Below are positions 27,649-37,408 of a DNA stretch of 64,000 nt, in pieces. Numbering within the stretch: the stretch's first letter is position 1; every line of letters begins with the position of its first letter. Origin of the DNA: Candidatus Omnitrophota bacterium (lineage in GTDB: Bacteria; Omnitrophota; Gorgyraeia; Zapsychrales; Fredricksoniimonadaceae); the NCBI GenBank assembly GCA_013286575.1, contig JABDFL010000001.1, positions 9,905 through 73,904 on the forward strand. The letters are read 5' to 3'. The notes under the pieces were generated by a model. It did not search any database, was not told the origin of the DNA, and saw only the letters and a list, made by a program, of their open reading frames with translations. Made by a program: the position numbers and the translations under genes.

Positions 27649-28944
27649 ATGATTGACCGTTATTCCCTTTCAAAGATGAGCCGTATTTGGTCTGATGAGC
27701 ATAAGATGGAAATTATGCTTAAAATCGAAGTGTTATCCTGTGAATCCATGACCAAGTTAGGTGTTATCCCCAAAGCTGCTATGGATAAGATCCGCAAGAA
27801 TGCCAAATTTGATTTGGAAGAAGTGCGCCGCCTTGAAGAACGCACCAAACATGATGTGGTGGCATTTATCCAAAGCGTTGGGCAAAGTTTAGGGCCGGAA
27901 GCCCAGTATTTGCATATGGGAATGACCTCATCGGACCTGTTAGATACGTCGCTGTCTTTGCAATGTGTGGAAGCGGGTGAAATTTTAGTCGCTGATTGTA
28001 AGAAACTTTTGGCCGCGCTTAAAGATAAGGCCAAAAAATATAAGGACGCGGTGTGCATCGCCCGCACCCACGGCGTGCATGCGGAGCCTACGACCTTTGG
28101 CCTGAAGATGGCCATCTGGTTTGACGAGATGAACCGTAATTTAGAGCGCCTGCAAGGGGCTGTTGAAGGCATGCGTTATGGTAAATTGTCCGGCGCGGTC
28201 GGCACCTATGCGAATATTGACCCGTCGGTGGAAGAGTATGTTTGCCAGCAATTGAATTTAAAGCCGGCGAATGTGGCCACCCAGGTCATTTCCCGCGACC
28301 CGCATGCCCATTTTATCATGGTCCTGGCCATCGTCGGTTCTTCCCTGGAAAAGTTTGCGACGGAGATCAGGGCCCTGCAGAAAACCGAGCTTTTGGAAGT
28401 GGAAGAGCCTTTTTTCAAAGGCCAGATCGGTTCATCGGCCATGCCGCATAAACGCAATCCCGTGACCTGCGAGCGTATCTGCGGGTTGTCGCGCATTTTG
28501 CGCGCCAATTCCATCGTTGCCATGGAAAATATCAATCTTTGGCACGAGCGTGATATCAGCCATTCCTCGGCGGAGCGCGTTATCCTCCCTGATTCAACCA
28601 TCGCGCTTAATTACATGCTTAATAAATTCATCCCCATCATCGAGGGGCTTTTGGTCTATCCTAAAAACATGATCGCGAACCTTTCCAAGACCCGCGGGCT
28701 GATCTATTCCCAGCGCATCCTTTTGGAATTGATGAAAAAAGGCCTCACGCGCGACGCCGCTTATGAGATCATCCAGGCAGCTGCCATGCAGGTCTGGCAG
28801 GAGAGCACGGAATTCAAAGATGTGCTCTTTAGAGATCGCCGTGTACGCAAGTACCTGTCTCAAAACGAGATTAACGCCTGCTTTGACATCAAATATTACA
28901 TCCGTCATCGTGACAAGATCTTTAAACAGGCGGGGATCAAATAA
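27649..28944 (+). CDS. purB: Adenylosuccinate lyase
   Basis: MIDRYS, RTHGVHAEP, GSSAMPHKRNP. Confidence 0.96.
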   Translation: MIDRYSLSKMSRIWSDEHKMEIMLKIEVLSCESMTKLGVIPKAAMDKIRKNAKFDLEEVRRLEERTKHDVVAFIQSVGQSLGPEAQYLHMGMTSSDLLDTSLSLQCVEAGEILVADCKKLLAALKDKAKKYKDAVCIARTHGVHAEPTTFGLKMAIWFDEMNRNLERLQGAVEGMRYGKLSGAVGTYANIDPSVEEYVCQQLNLKPANVATQVISRDPHAHFIMVLAIVGSSLEKFATEIRALQKTELLEVEEPFFKGQIGSSAMPHKRNPVTCERICGLSRILRANSIVAMENINLWHERDISHSSAERVILPDSTIALNYMLNKFIPIIEGLLVYPKNMIANLSKTRGLIYSQRILLELMKKGLTRDAAYEIIQAAAMQVWQESTEFKDVLFRDRRVRKYLSQNEINACFDIKYYIRHRDKIFKQAGIK

Positions 28945-28950
28945 GGTTCC

Positions 28951-29655
28951 ATGCAGAAATTAGAGAAAATATACGAAGGCAAGGCGAAGATCCTTTATAC
29001 GACCGGGGACCCTGACTTGCTCATCCAGTATTTCAAGGATGATGCAACGGCCTTCAATGCCCAGAAGCGAGGTACCATTGTTGAAAAGGGCATCATGAAC
29101 AATGGCATCGCCTCCAAGATCTTTGAGCACCTCAAAGCCAAAGGCATTGAGACCCATTTCGTTGAAAGGTTAAACGACCGCGAGATGTTGGTCAAGCGTG
29201 TCCAAATCGTCCCGCTTGAGATCATTGTCCGCAATCGCGCGGCAGGTTCTTTATGCCGCCTGCTGGGACTGGCTGAAGGGGCCAATTTAGCCTGCCCGAC
29301 GCTGGAATTTTGCTATAAGAATGACGCCTTGGGCGATCCGCAGGTCAATGAATACCATATCCGGGCGTTGAATTTTGCCACTGATGATGAGGTGAAGAAG
29401 ATCACCGCCTTGGCCTTCAAGATCAATGAGGTATTAAAGAAATTCTTTCTGGGTTTAAAGATTGAATTGATCGATTTCAAAATAGAATTCGGCCGCATCA
29501 ACAATCATATTATCCTGGCTGATGAAATCTCTCCTGACACCTGCCGTTTATGGGAAGTCGGTACGGGCAATAAGCTGGACAAAGACCGTTTCCGTCGGGA
29601 TCTGGGTAATATCGAAGAGGCCTATCAGGAAGTATTACGCAGAGTTTCCGCATGA
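28951..29655 (+). CDS. purC: SAICAR synthase
   Basis: YEGKAK, DFKIEFG, LADEISPDTCRLW, LDKDRFR. Confidence 0.96.
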   Translation: MQKLEKIYEGKAKILYTTGDPDLLIQYFKDDATAFNAQKRGTIVEKGIMNNGIASKIFEHLKAKGIETHFVERLNDREMLVKRVQIVPLEIIVRNRAAGSLCRLLGLAEGANLACPTLEFCYKNDALGDPQVNEYHIRALNFATDDEVKKITALAFKINEVLKKFFLGLKIELIDFKIEFGRINNHIILADEISPDTCRLWEVGTGNKLDKDRFRRDLGNIEEAYQEVLRRVSA

Positions 29656-32561
29656 TCTGGCGCGTTGAAGTTAAACAAAAAGATGGGATGCTGGATCCCA
29701 TTGGACAATCCATTGCCCGAGACATCATTGATATGGGCTTTGGCATCTCCCAGGTGCGTGTCGTCTCGGTTTTTCTGCTGGAAGGCACCATCAGCCGCGA
29801 GGAAGTCAAGCGCATCGGCGATGAACTCCTGGTTGATCCTATCGTTGAGCAATACAGTTTTGATTTAAAACTCCCCCTGCAGTCAGTTGACCATCATGTC
29901 GTTGAAATAGCTTATAATCCCGGTGTCATGGACCCTGTGGAAGCCTCCACGATCAAGGGCATCCGCGATTTGGGTGTCGCAGGCATCAGTGCTGTGCGCA
30001 CCGCCCGGCAATACCATATTTACGGCAGACTGACAGCCAAAGAATTGGAATCCATCACTGCCCGCGTCTTGATGAATAAACTCATCCAGCACGTGGTAGC
30101 TGACCCTTCCCATGTCCCGACCACACTCAGTATCACGGGTGCATCCGCGTCCAAATTTGATGTGATGATCGTGGATTTGATCGGTGCCAATGATAAAAAA
30201 CTTCTCGAAATTTCCAAGAGCGGCCAGCTCTATTTAAATATTGATGAGATGAAGGCCATCCAGGCCCATTTTAAAAAAGAAAAACGTGATCCGACGGACG
30301 TTGAATTAGAAACCATTGCCCAGACCTGGAGCGAGCATTGCCGCCATAAGACTTTCAGGGGTGTTATCCGTTACCGGGAAGGCAAAAGCGGACGGCCCCA
30401 AATTATCCGCAGCCTTTTTAAAACCACCATTGCTGCCGTTACGTTGAAATTAAAGAAAAAATGGTGCATTTCAGTTTTTCATGACAATGCCGGGGTCATC
30501 GCTTTTGATAAAGATTATCATGTGTGTTTTAAAGTGGAGACCCATAATCATCCCTCAGCCCTGGAGCCTTTTGGCGGGGCCAACACGGGAGTGGGTGGCG
30601 TTATCCGTGATACTTTGGGGACCGGGCTTGCTGCCAAGCCTTTGTGCAATACCGACATATTTTGTTTTGCGCCGCCGGACACACCGGCAGCAGACTTGCC
30701 GCCCGGCACCCTGCATCCCAAGCGGGTCATGAAAGGCGTTGTTTCAGGGGTGCGTGATTACGGCAACAAGATGGGCATCCCGACGGTCAATGGGGCCATT
30801 GTTTTTGATAAACATTTTGCAGGCAATCCGCTGGTTTTTTGCGGCAATATCGGGCTCATCCCCAAAGGTAAAGAAATTAAACGTGTCAGCAGGGGGGATT
30901 TGATCGTGGCTGTGGGCGGACGCACCGGGCGCGACGGCATTCACGGCGCCACGTTTTCTTCGGGAGAGCTGACCAGTGAATCGGAAACAGTTTCTTCAGG
31001 CGCCGTGCAGATCGGCAATCCCATTGAAGAGAAAAAAGTACAGGATGCCCTGCTTAAAGCGCGCGAGGCCAATTTGTATTCTGCCATCACTGATTGCGGC
31101 GCCGGCGGGTTTTCTTCTGCCGTCGGAGAAATGGGCGAAAAGACAGGGGCACGGGTTGATTTGGATAAGGCCCCTCTTAAATATCAGGGCCTTAAATACC
31201 ACGAGATTTGGATTTCAGAATCACAGGAGCGGATGGTGATGTCTGTCCCTCCTCAAAACATCGAAGCCCTTCTTAAGATTTTTGAGGCAGAGAATGTGGA
31301 GGCGAGTGTTTTAGGTGAATTCGACGGCTCCGGCCGCCTGCAACTGTTTTTCCACGGCCAGCAAGTTGCTGACATGGACATGTCCTTTCTCCATGATGGC
31401 CTGCCTCAAATAACCAAGGAAGCTGTTTATCAAAAGCCCAAACTCCGTGTCATTCCCGCGAAAGCAGGAATCCATACAAGATACCGCCCTGGACAGGATT
31501 TAACCGAAAGCTTATGCATGGCCTTAAGCCATTTTAATGTGGCTTCCAAGGAAAGTATTATTCGCATTTATGATCACGAGGTGCAGGGAACAAGCGTTGT
31601 CAAGCCACTGGTAGGGGTTGCCACCGACGGACCATCAGATGCGGCGGTGATCCGCGGGCGTTTGGATTCCAAGCGCGGCATCGCGGTTTCCAACGGCATT
31701 AATGTGCGCTACGGCATGATCGATCCTTTTGGGATGGCTGCTTCCTGCATTGATGAAGCGATCCGTCAAATCATCGCGGTGGGAGGTTCGCTGGATCGCA
31801 TCGCCCTTCTTGATAATTTTTGCTGGGGAAACCCTGATAAGCCCGATCGTCTGGGGTCTTTGGTGCGCTGTGCCCAAGGCTGTTATAAAGCGGCCGTGGC
31901 TTTCGGCACTCCGTTTATTTCGGGGAAAGATAGTTTATATAATGAGTATACCCAAAAAGGTAAAAGCCTCGCGATACCGGGGACCATATTGATCTCCGCC
32001 ATCGGCATCATCGATGATGTGGGAAAAAGCGTCACCATGGATTTTAAAAAGGCGGGGAACAGTATTTATGCGATCGGCACAACCTTTGACGAACTGGGCG
32101 GGTCTGTCTATTTGGAAAATTTAGGGCAGTTGGGGCTTCATGCACCGCAGGTCAATTTTAAGATGGCAGTTAAAACATATAAGGCTGTAGAACGCGCAAC
32201 CAAGGCGGGTTTGATCGCCTCGTTACACGATTGCTCGGAAGGCGGTGCCGCGGTCGCTCTGGCGGAAATGGCCTTTGCCGGCGGATTGGGCGCCACGGTT
32301 TTATCAAAGAAATTGCCCTATAAGGGAAAGCAGGGACGGGAAGATATTTTGCTTTTTTCGGAAAGCAATTCACGCTTCATTGCTGAAGTCTCAGCTGGTC
32401 ATGAAAAAGCGCTGGCAAAGATTTTCAAAGGCGTTCCCATGGCCCGGATCGGCACGGTTGAGGCAAGCCCGGAATTTGTCGTCTACGGTCTTCATGACCA
32501 GCCGGTCATCAATGCCCGTATCGATGAATTAAAAGAAATCTGGAAGGCACCGTTGAGATAA
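29652..32561 (+). CDS. purL: FGAM synthase PurL with two N-terminal PurS-like domains
   Basis: WSEHCRHK, KVETHNHPS, DCGAGG, SESQERM; N-terminal DPIG and PGVMDP PurS-like units. Confidence 0.93.
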   Translation: MIWRVEVKQKDGMLDPIGQSIARDIIDMGFGISQVRVVSVFLLEGTISREEVKRIGDELLVDPIVEQYSFDLKLPLQSVDHHVVEIAYNPGVMDPVEASTIKGIRDLGVAGISAVRTARQYHIYGRLTAKELESITARVLMNKLIQHVVADPSHVPTTLSITGASASKFDVMIVDLIGANDKKLLEISKSGQLYLNIDEMKAIQAHFKKEKRDPTDVELETIAQTWSEHCRHKTFRGVIRYREGKSGRPQIIRSLFKTTIAAVTLKLKKKWCISVFHDNAGVIAFDKDYHVCFKVETHNHPSALEPFGGANTGVGGVIRDTLGTGLAAKPLCNTDIFCFAPPDTPAADLPPGTLHPKRVMKGVVSGVRDYGNKMGIPTVNGAIVFDKHFAGNPLVFCGNIGLIPKGKEIKRVSRGDLIVAVGGRTGRDGIHGATFSSGELTSESETVSSGAVQIGNPIEEKKVQDALLKAREANLYSAITDCGAGGFSSAVGEMGEKTGARVDLDKAPLKYQGLKYHEIWISESQERMVMSVPPQNIEALLKIFEAENVEASVLGEFDGSGRLQLFFHGQQVADMDMSFLHDGLPQITKEAVYQKPKLRVIPAKAGIHTRYRPGQDLTESLCMALSHFNVASKESIIRIYDHEVQGTSVVKPLVGVATDGPSDAAVIRGRLDSKRGIAVSNGINVRYGMIDPFGMAASCIDEAIRQIIAVGGSLDRIALLDNFCWGNPDKPDRLGSLVRCAQGCYKAAVAFGTPFISGKDSLYNEYTQKGKSLAIPGTILISAIGIIDDVGKSVTMDFKKAGNSIYAIGTTFDELGGSVYLENLGQLGLHAPQVNFKMAVKTYKAVERATKAGLIASLHDCSEGGAAVALAEMAFAGGLGATVLSKKLPYKGKQGREDILLFSESNSRFIAEVSAGHEKALAKIFKGVPMARIGTVEASPEFVVYGLHDQPVINARIDELKEIWKAPLR
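31448..31474 (+). repeat. TGTCAT palindromic repeat, in-frame in purL (VIPAKAGIH)
   Basis: TGTCATTCCCGCGAAAGCAGGAATCCA. Confidence 0.8.
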
Positions 32562-32569
32562 AAATAGAA

Positions 32570-32600
32570 TGTCATCCCCGAATGTTTCTGTCGGGGATCT
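32570..32600 (+). repeat. TGTCAT palindromic repeat
   Basis: TGTCATCCCCGAATGTTTCTGTCGGGGATCT; near-identical to the copy at 34147. Confidence 0.85.
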
Positions 32601-32614
32601 AATAAGAGGAGCAT

Positions 32615-33289
32615 ATGACAAAAATAAAAAAACTCGTCACAGTCCCTGATTTGGAAATGATGGAAGACCCCTGGCGCATTTTCCGCATCATGGCGGAATT
32701 TGTCGACGGATTTGAAGAGCTCAAAGACATTGGGCCCGCCGTGAGTATTTTCGGGTCTTCCCGCATCCATACCCTGCATTCCTATTATGACGCGGCAGAG
32801 AAGACCGCGGAATTATTAGTTAAGGCAGGTTATGCGGTGATCACCGGCGGCGGCCCCAGCATCATGGAAGCAGGCAATAAAGGGGCATCCAAGGCAGGCG
32901 GCAAATCCATCGGGCTTAACATTGACCTGCCTTTCGAACAAAAACCAAATGATTATATTAATCATCTGATCAATTTTCATTATTTTTTCTGCCGCAAGGT
33001 CTGTTTTGTCAAATACGCCAAGGCCTTTGTGATTTTTCCCGGCGGCTACGGGACCCTGGATGAATTATCAGAAAGCATCACGCTTATACAGACCCAGCGC
33101 ATGCAGCAATTCCCGGTCATCCTTTACGGAAGCAAGTACTGGAAAGGGCTTTTGGATTGGTTTAAAGGGCCTGTACTCCATGAAGGCTGCATTGATGTCA
33201 AGGATTTGGACATTGTGCAGACAGCGGATAAGCCCGAAGATGTTGTTAAGATCATCAAAAAGTTTTACAGCAAGAAAAAGAAAAAATGA
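32615..33289 (+). CDS. LOG family (TIGR00730) nucleotide phosphoribohydrolase
   Basis: ITGGGPSIM, FFCRKV, PGGYGTLDE. Confidence 0.9.
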   Translation: MTKIKKLVTVPDLEMMEDPWRIFRIMAEFVDGFEELKDIGPAVSIFGSSRIHTLHSYYDAAEKTAELLVKAGYAVITGGGPSIMEAGNKGASKAGGKSIGLNIDLPFEQKPNDYINHLINFHYFFCRKVCFVKYAKAFVIFPGGYGTLDELSESITLIQTQRMQQFPVILYGSKYWKGLLDWFKGPVLHEGCIDVKDLDIVQTADKPEDVVKIIKKFYSKKKKK

Positions 33290-34074
33290 CCCCCAATGTC
33301 AAAGTCATAGTCATTCGCACCGCAGGCACCAATTGCAACGAGGAGACAGCGTTTGCCTTCAGCCGTTTGGGTGCGCATGTGGATCAGGTGCATATCAATG
33401 CTCTGATCGCCGGCACTTTTAAATTAAGCGATTATCATATCCTGGCTTTGCCCGGCGGGTTTAGCTATGGTGATGATATTGCTTCGGGGCGTATTTTGGC
33501 CAATGAATTACGTTTGAAATTGGCAGAGGAGATCAAACAATTTATCCGTGACGGCAAATTAATTATCGGTATATGCAATGGATTCCAGATCCTGGCTAAA
33601 GCCGGTATTTTGCCCGGCCTCGGATGGAAGATTGGACAAGAAACAACGTTGTTCTATAATGATTCTGCCAAATTCGAGGCCCGTTGGGTGCATTTGAAGG
33701 TGGAAAGCCGTTGCGTGTGGACAAAAGGCATGCCCGGCCAGATTTATCTGCCCGTGGCCCACGGCGAGGGAAAATTCATCCCGCGCGAGAAGAAAGTCCT
33801 GGACGCGCTGACAAGTAACGGCCAAATCGTCCTGCGTTATTGCGCTCCTGATGGAAGCAAGCCTGCGTATCCGGAGAATCCCAACGGATCAACCGATGAT
33901 ATCGCCGGCATCTGCGACACCACCGGACGCGTCTTTGGCCTAATGCCGCATCCGGAACGTCATTTTTTATTCGAGCAACACCCATACTGGACACGCTTAA
34001 AGAAAACAAGCGATTTCGGCGACGGAGCCAAGATATTCGAAAACGGCATTAATTACGTGAAGGAAAATTTGTAG
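33286..34074 (+). CDS. purQ: FGAM synthase glutaminase subunit
   Basis: GTNC, PGGFSYGD, GICNGFQ, AHGEG, NPNGS, MPHPER. Confidence 0.96.
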   Translation: MTPNVKVIVIRTAGTNCNEETAFAFSRLGAHVDQVHINALIAGTFKLSDYHILALPGGFSYGDDIASGRILANELRLKLAEEIKQFIRDGKLIIGICNGFQILAKAGILPGLGWKIGQETTLFYNDSAKFEARWVHLKVESRCVWTKGMPGQIYLPVAHGEGKFIPREKKVLDALTSNGQIVLRYCAPDGSKPAYPENPNGSTDDIAGICDTTGRVFGLMPHPERHFLFEQHPYWTRLKKTSDFGDGAKIFENGINYVKENL

Positions 34075-34080
34075 CGCCCG

Positions 34081-34260
34081 TGTCATTGCGAGGAGCCGGA
34101 GGCGACGAAGCAATCTTTTAACACTGTCATTCCTTGGATTTTACATTGTCATTCCCGAATGTTTTTGTCGGGAATCTAGAACAAGTTGTGTCATTGCGAG
34201 GAGCTGAAGGCGACGAAGCAATCTTTTTAGAATCGTCATCCTGAGCGTAGCGAAGGATCT
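34081..34260 (+). repeat. Cluster of TGTCAT/CGTCAT palindromic repeats (four full copies, one partial)
   Basis: Copies at 34081-34116, 34125 (partial), 34147-34177, 34189-34224, 34234-34260. Confidence 0.88.
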
Positions 34261-34285
34261 CTAAAAGAATGACCTTGTAGCATGA

Positions 34286-34456
34286 ATATGGTTAAACGGT
34301 GTTGTTCCCGAAACGGGATATTTTTGCCGTCTGCTTCGGTTTACATCAAAAATGTTCTAAAGATTCTCTTCATTTGGAACATTTTTGACGTAAATCCTCG
34401 CAGACATTTGGCAAAAAATCCCTGAATGTTTCGTCCACAACACCATTTAACCATAT
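34286..34456. repeat. 171-bp imperfect palindrome (MITE/RPE-like)
   Basis: ATATGGTTAAA.GGTGTTG / CAACACC.TTTAACCATAT ends; inner TCAAAAATGTTC / GAACATTTTTGA. Confidence 0.85.
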
Positions 34457-34515
34457 ACGAGTGATTGCAAGTTAGAAAAGGTCGTTACTTTTAATATCGA
34501 ATTAAGAGGTGCTGT

Positions 34516-36222
34516 ATGAGGGTCACAACTTTTGATAAGGAAGTAAAGGATATTTTTAGCGGTAGTTTTTATCTAATCCCTAGGTTTCAAAGACCATATT
34601 CTTGGGATAGGGAAAATATTGAGGAATTTTGGTGCGATACAATTGCTGAAAGTGAAGGAGATTATTTTATTGGTTCAATCGTCGTTTTTAAAGATTCAAA
34701 AACAGATACATATGGCATTGTCGATGGACAGCAACGCCTAACGACAATAACTATGATTCTATGTGCATTGCGTAATGCTTTTAATGATCAGAATATGCAA
34801 TCTTTAGGGGATGGATTACATAATTTTGTAGAACGTCCTGATATAAATAATAAAAAAAGGTATGTTTTGAAACCAGAAACATCCTACCCATATTTTCAAG
34901 AATATATTCAAAAGAAAACAAAGCCCGACATTGTTCTTACTCCAGGAGTAGAAGAAGAGCTTCTTGAGAAAGCTTTTATGGCTATTTCTAGAAATATTCA
35001 ATCTACTGTCACATCAATTGTAAGTAACCGTTCTTTAAGCGAGAAAAATAAAAAAATTGAAATTGAGAAGAGTTTAATTGGCATTAGAGATAAAATCCTC
35101 AAGCTAAAGTTGATCTTTATCGAGTTGGACAGTGAAGATGATGCGTATATTATTTTTGAAACACTCAACACTCGAGGGAAAGATCTAAAAGTTTCAGATC
35201 TAGTGAAAAATCATATTACTAAACTCTTCAAACCCAAGAATGCGGATGTGGATTTACCAAAAGAACGTTGGAATAAAATAGTGGAATTGATTGACGAATC
35301 TGGGGCACAGCTAGAAGTTGACAACTTTATTCATTATTACTGGTTGTCACGCTATGAATTTGTTACTTTAAAGAAAATATTTAAACAAATAAGAAGGAAA
35401 ATAGATCAAAAAAATGCTGAAGGTTTTTTGAGATCTCTTGAGGAAGATGTCAAGACGTATCGTGAAATAAACGAAACGGTTTATAGGCCTTGGCAGAAAC
35501 AAGATTTAAGAATAAAAGAGTCATTAGATGCTATCAATTTATTTAAAGTAAAACAAGCTATGCCAATGTTGCTATCTGTAATGAGAGAATACAAAAGCGG
35601 AGGAATTCGACTTCCTAACGCAATTGAAACATTTACAAGTATTGAGAACTTTCATTTTGTGTTTACTGCTGTTACATCTCAAAGATCATCTGGAGGCATT
35701 TCATTTATGTATGCAAAAGCTGCTCGTGATCTTTGCGATGCGCCCAACATGAATGAAAAAATTAAGACCCTTAAAGAGTTACAAAGAAAACTTAAAAAAG
35801 GAAGACCGAGCAAAGATGAATTTGTTGCCAGTTTTCAGAATATTTTATATTCTAAGGAATTGTCGAAACAAAAAAAGCTCGTCCAATATATTTTGGCAAG
35901 AATAGCAGAGAAGCAATTTGGCGTGCCTATAGATTATGAAAAGATGACCATTGAACATCTAGCTTCAGAGAATCCTATAGAAGGCACTACAAAAATTCCA
36001 CCACAGTTCATTGCCCAGGTGGGTAATTTAATACTTGTCAATGACGAAACAAATGGAAAATTAAAGAATAAACTTTTTGATCAAAAAAAGAAAATACTTA
36101 TAGATTCGAAGTTGCCTTTGGATAAATGGATAAGTGGAAGTCGCGAATGGAATGTTAAAGAGATTATAAATCGTACTCGTGGCCTGGCTGAATTCGCTTA
36201 TACCAAAGTTTGGGATCTCTAA
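34516..36222 (+). CDS. DUF262 + DUF1524(HNH) GmrSD-type nuclease
   Basis: IPRFQRPYSW, VDGQQRLTT, IFETLNTRG, TIEHL..GNLILV..N; AT-rich. Confidence 0.88.
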   Translation: MRVTTFDKEVKDIFSGSFYLIPRFQRPYSWDRENIEEFWCDTIAESEGDYFIGSIVVFKDSKTDTYGIVDGQQRLTTITMILCALRNAFNDQNMQSLGDGLHNFVERPDINNKKRYVLKPETSYPYFQEYIQKKTKPDIVLTPGVEEELLEKAFMAISRNIQSTVTSIVSNRSLSEKNKKIEIEKSLIGIRDKILKLKLIFIELDSEDDAYIIFETLNTRGKDLKVSDLVKNHITKLFKPKNADVDLPKERWNKIVELIDESGAQLEVDNFIHYYWLSRYEFVTLKKIFKQIRRKIDQKNAEGFLRSLEEDVKTYREINETVYRPWQKQDLRIKESLDAINLFKVKQAMPMLLSVMREYKSGGIRLPNAIETFTSIENFHFVFTAVTSQRSSGGISFMYAKAARDLCDAPNMNEKIKTLKELQRKLKKGRPSKDEFVASFQNILYSKELSKQKKLVQYILARIAEKQFGVPIDYEKMTIEHLASENPIEGTTKIPPQFIAQVGNLILVNDETNGKLKNKLFDQKKKILIDSKLPLDKWISGSREWNVKEIINRTRGLAEFAYTKVWDL

Positions 36223-36352
36223 TGTCTATAATTGAGAATTGGGTTCTCATTGAAATTTGTAAAAATAGAGAAATAGCGTCTCATTAGTTTCGACGGGTGG
36301 ATCGGGATTGCGGTAAGGGGTAAATTCATCACTTACAATAGGTGAAACAATT

Positions 36353-37357
36353 ATGACACAAAAGTTGACATATAAAAAAGCAGGCGTGGATATTGCTAAG
36401 GCCAACCGGTTTGTGGATGCGATTAAGCAGATGTCTTCTATTACGATGAATAAAGGTGTGGTTGATCGGCCGGGGTCGTTTGGGGCTTTGTTTGATTTTG
36501 GTTTTTTGAAATATAAGAATCCTGTATTGGTTTCTTCGACTGATGGTGTCGGCACAAAGTTGTTGGTGGCCAATCTGGCGGGGAAGCACGATACGGTGGG
36601 TATTGATCTGGTGGCGATGAATGTTAACGATGTACTGTGCACCGGTGCCAGGCCTTTGTTCTTTTTGGATTACATAGCCACCGGCAAACTTAACCCCCGG
36701 ATCATGAAGGATGTGATGAAAGGCATTGTGGCCGGATGCAAGATGGCCGGATGCGCCCTGATCGGCGGGGAAACCGCGGAAATGCCTGATATGTACAAGG
36801 GCGAGGACTATGATTTAGCGGGCTTTACAGTCGGGGTGGTGGAGAAAGACGGCATTATTGACGGGTCAGGGATTAGATGCGATGATGTGCTCATCGGCCT
36901 GCCGTCTTCGGGGCTGCATTCCAACGGCTATTCGCTGGCCCGTAAGGCTTTAAGTACAAAGGAACAAAAACTTTACGCGCAAATTTTGCTCAAGCCCACC
37001 TGCATTTATGTTAAGCCGGTCTTGGGCCTGCTTGAGAAATTTAAAATCAAAGGCATGGCGCATATGACAGGCGGCGCCTGGTACGAAAAATTGACCAAGG
37101 TCCTGCCTAAAGGATTGTGCTTTTCTGTCAACAAGGGAAGCTGGCCTGTTCCCCGAATATTTGAATTGATCCGGGACAAAGGACACATTCCGGAACATGA
37201 GATGTACCGCACCTTTAATATGGGCATTGGCTTTTGCCTGGTGGTAGAGCCCAAGGATGTTGTCGGGGTCCATGCTTTTTTACGTTCGCAAAAAATAGAG
37301 TCATTTGTCATCGGTGAGGTGACGCAGGATTCGAAGCATAAGGTGATATTTAGATAA
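36353..37357 (+). CDS. purM: AIR synthase
   Basis: TYKKAGVDI, TDGVGTK, GGETAEMP, SSGLHSNG, TFNMGIG. Confidence 0.96.
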   Translation: MTQKLTYKKAGVDIAKANRFVDAIKQMSSITMNKGVVDRPGSFGALFDFGFLKYKNPVLVSSTDGVGTKLLVANLAGKHDTVGIDLVAMNVNDVLCTGARPLFFLDYIATGKLNPRIMKDVMKGIVAGCKMAGCALIGGETAEMPDMYKGEDYDLAGFTVGVVEKDGIIDGSGIRCDDVLIGLPSSGLHSNGYSLARKALSTKEQKLYAQILLKPTCIYVKPVLGLLEKFKIKGMAHMTGGAWYEKLTKVLPKGLCFSVNKGSWPVPRIFELIRDKGHIPEHEMYRTFNMGIGFCLVVEPKDVVGVHAFLRSQKIESFVIGEVTQDSKHKVIFR

Positions 37358-37408
37358 TGATGTGCGTCTAAACAGGCGTTGGAATGATTTTAGTGGCTAG
37401 GAGCAGTA

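Noticed and set aside
34081-34260. Possible CRISPR array
   Set aside because: Units differ in sequence, spacing is irregular, copies are dispersed elsewhere, and no cas genes are present
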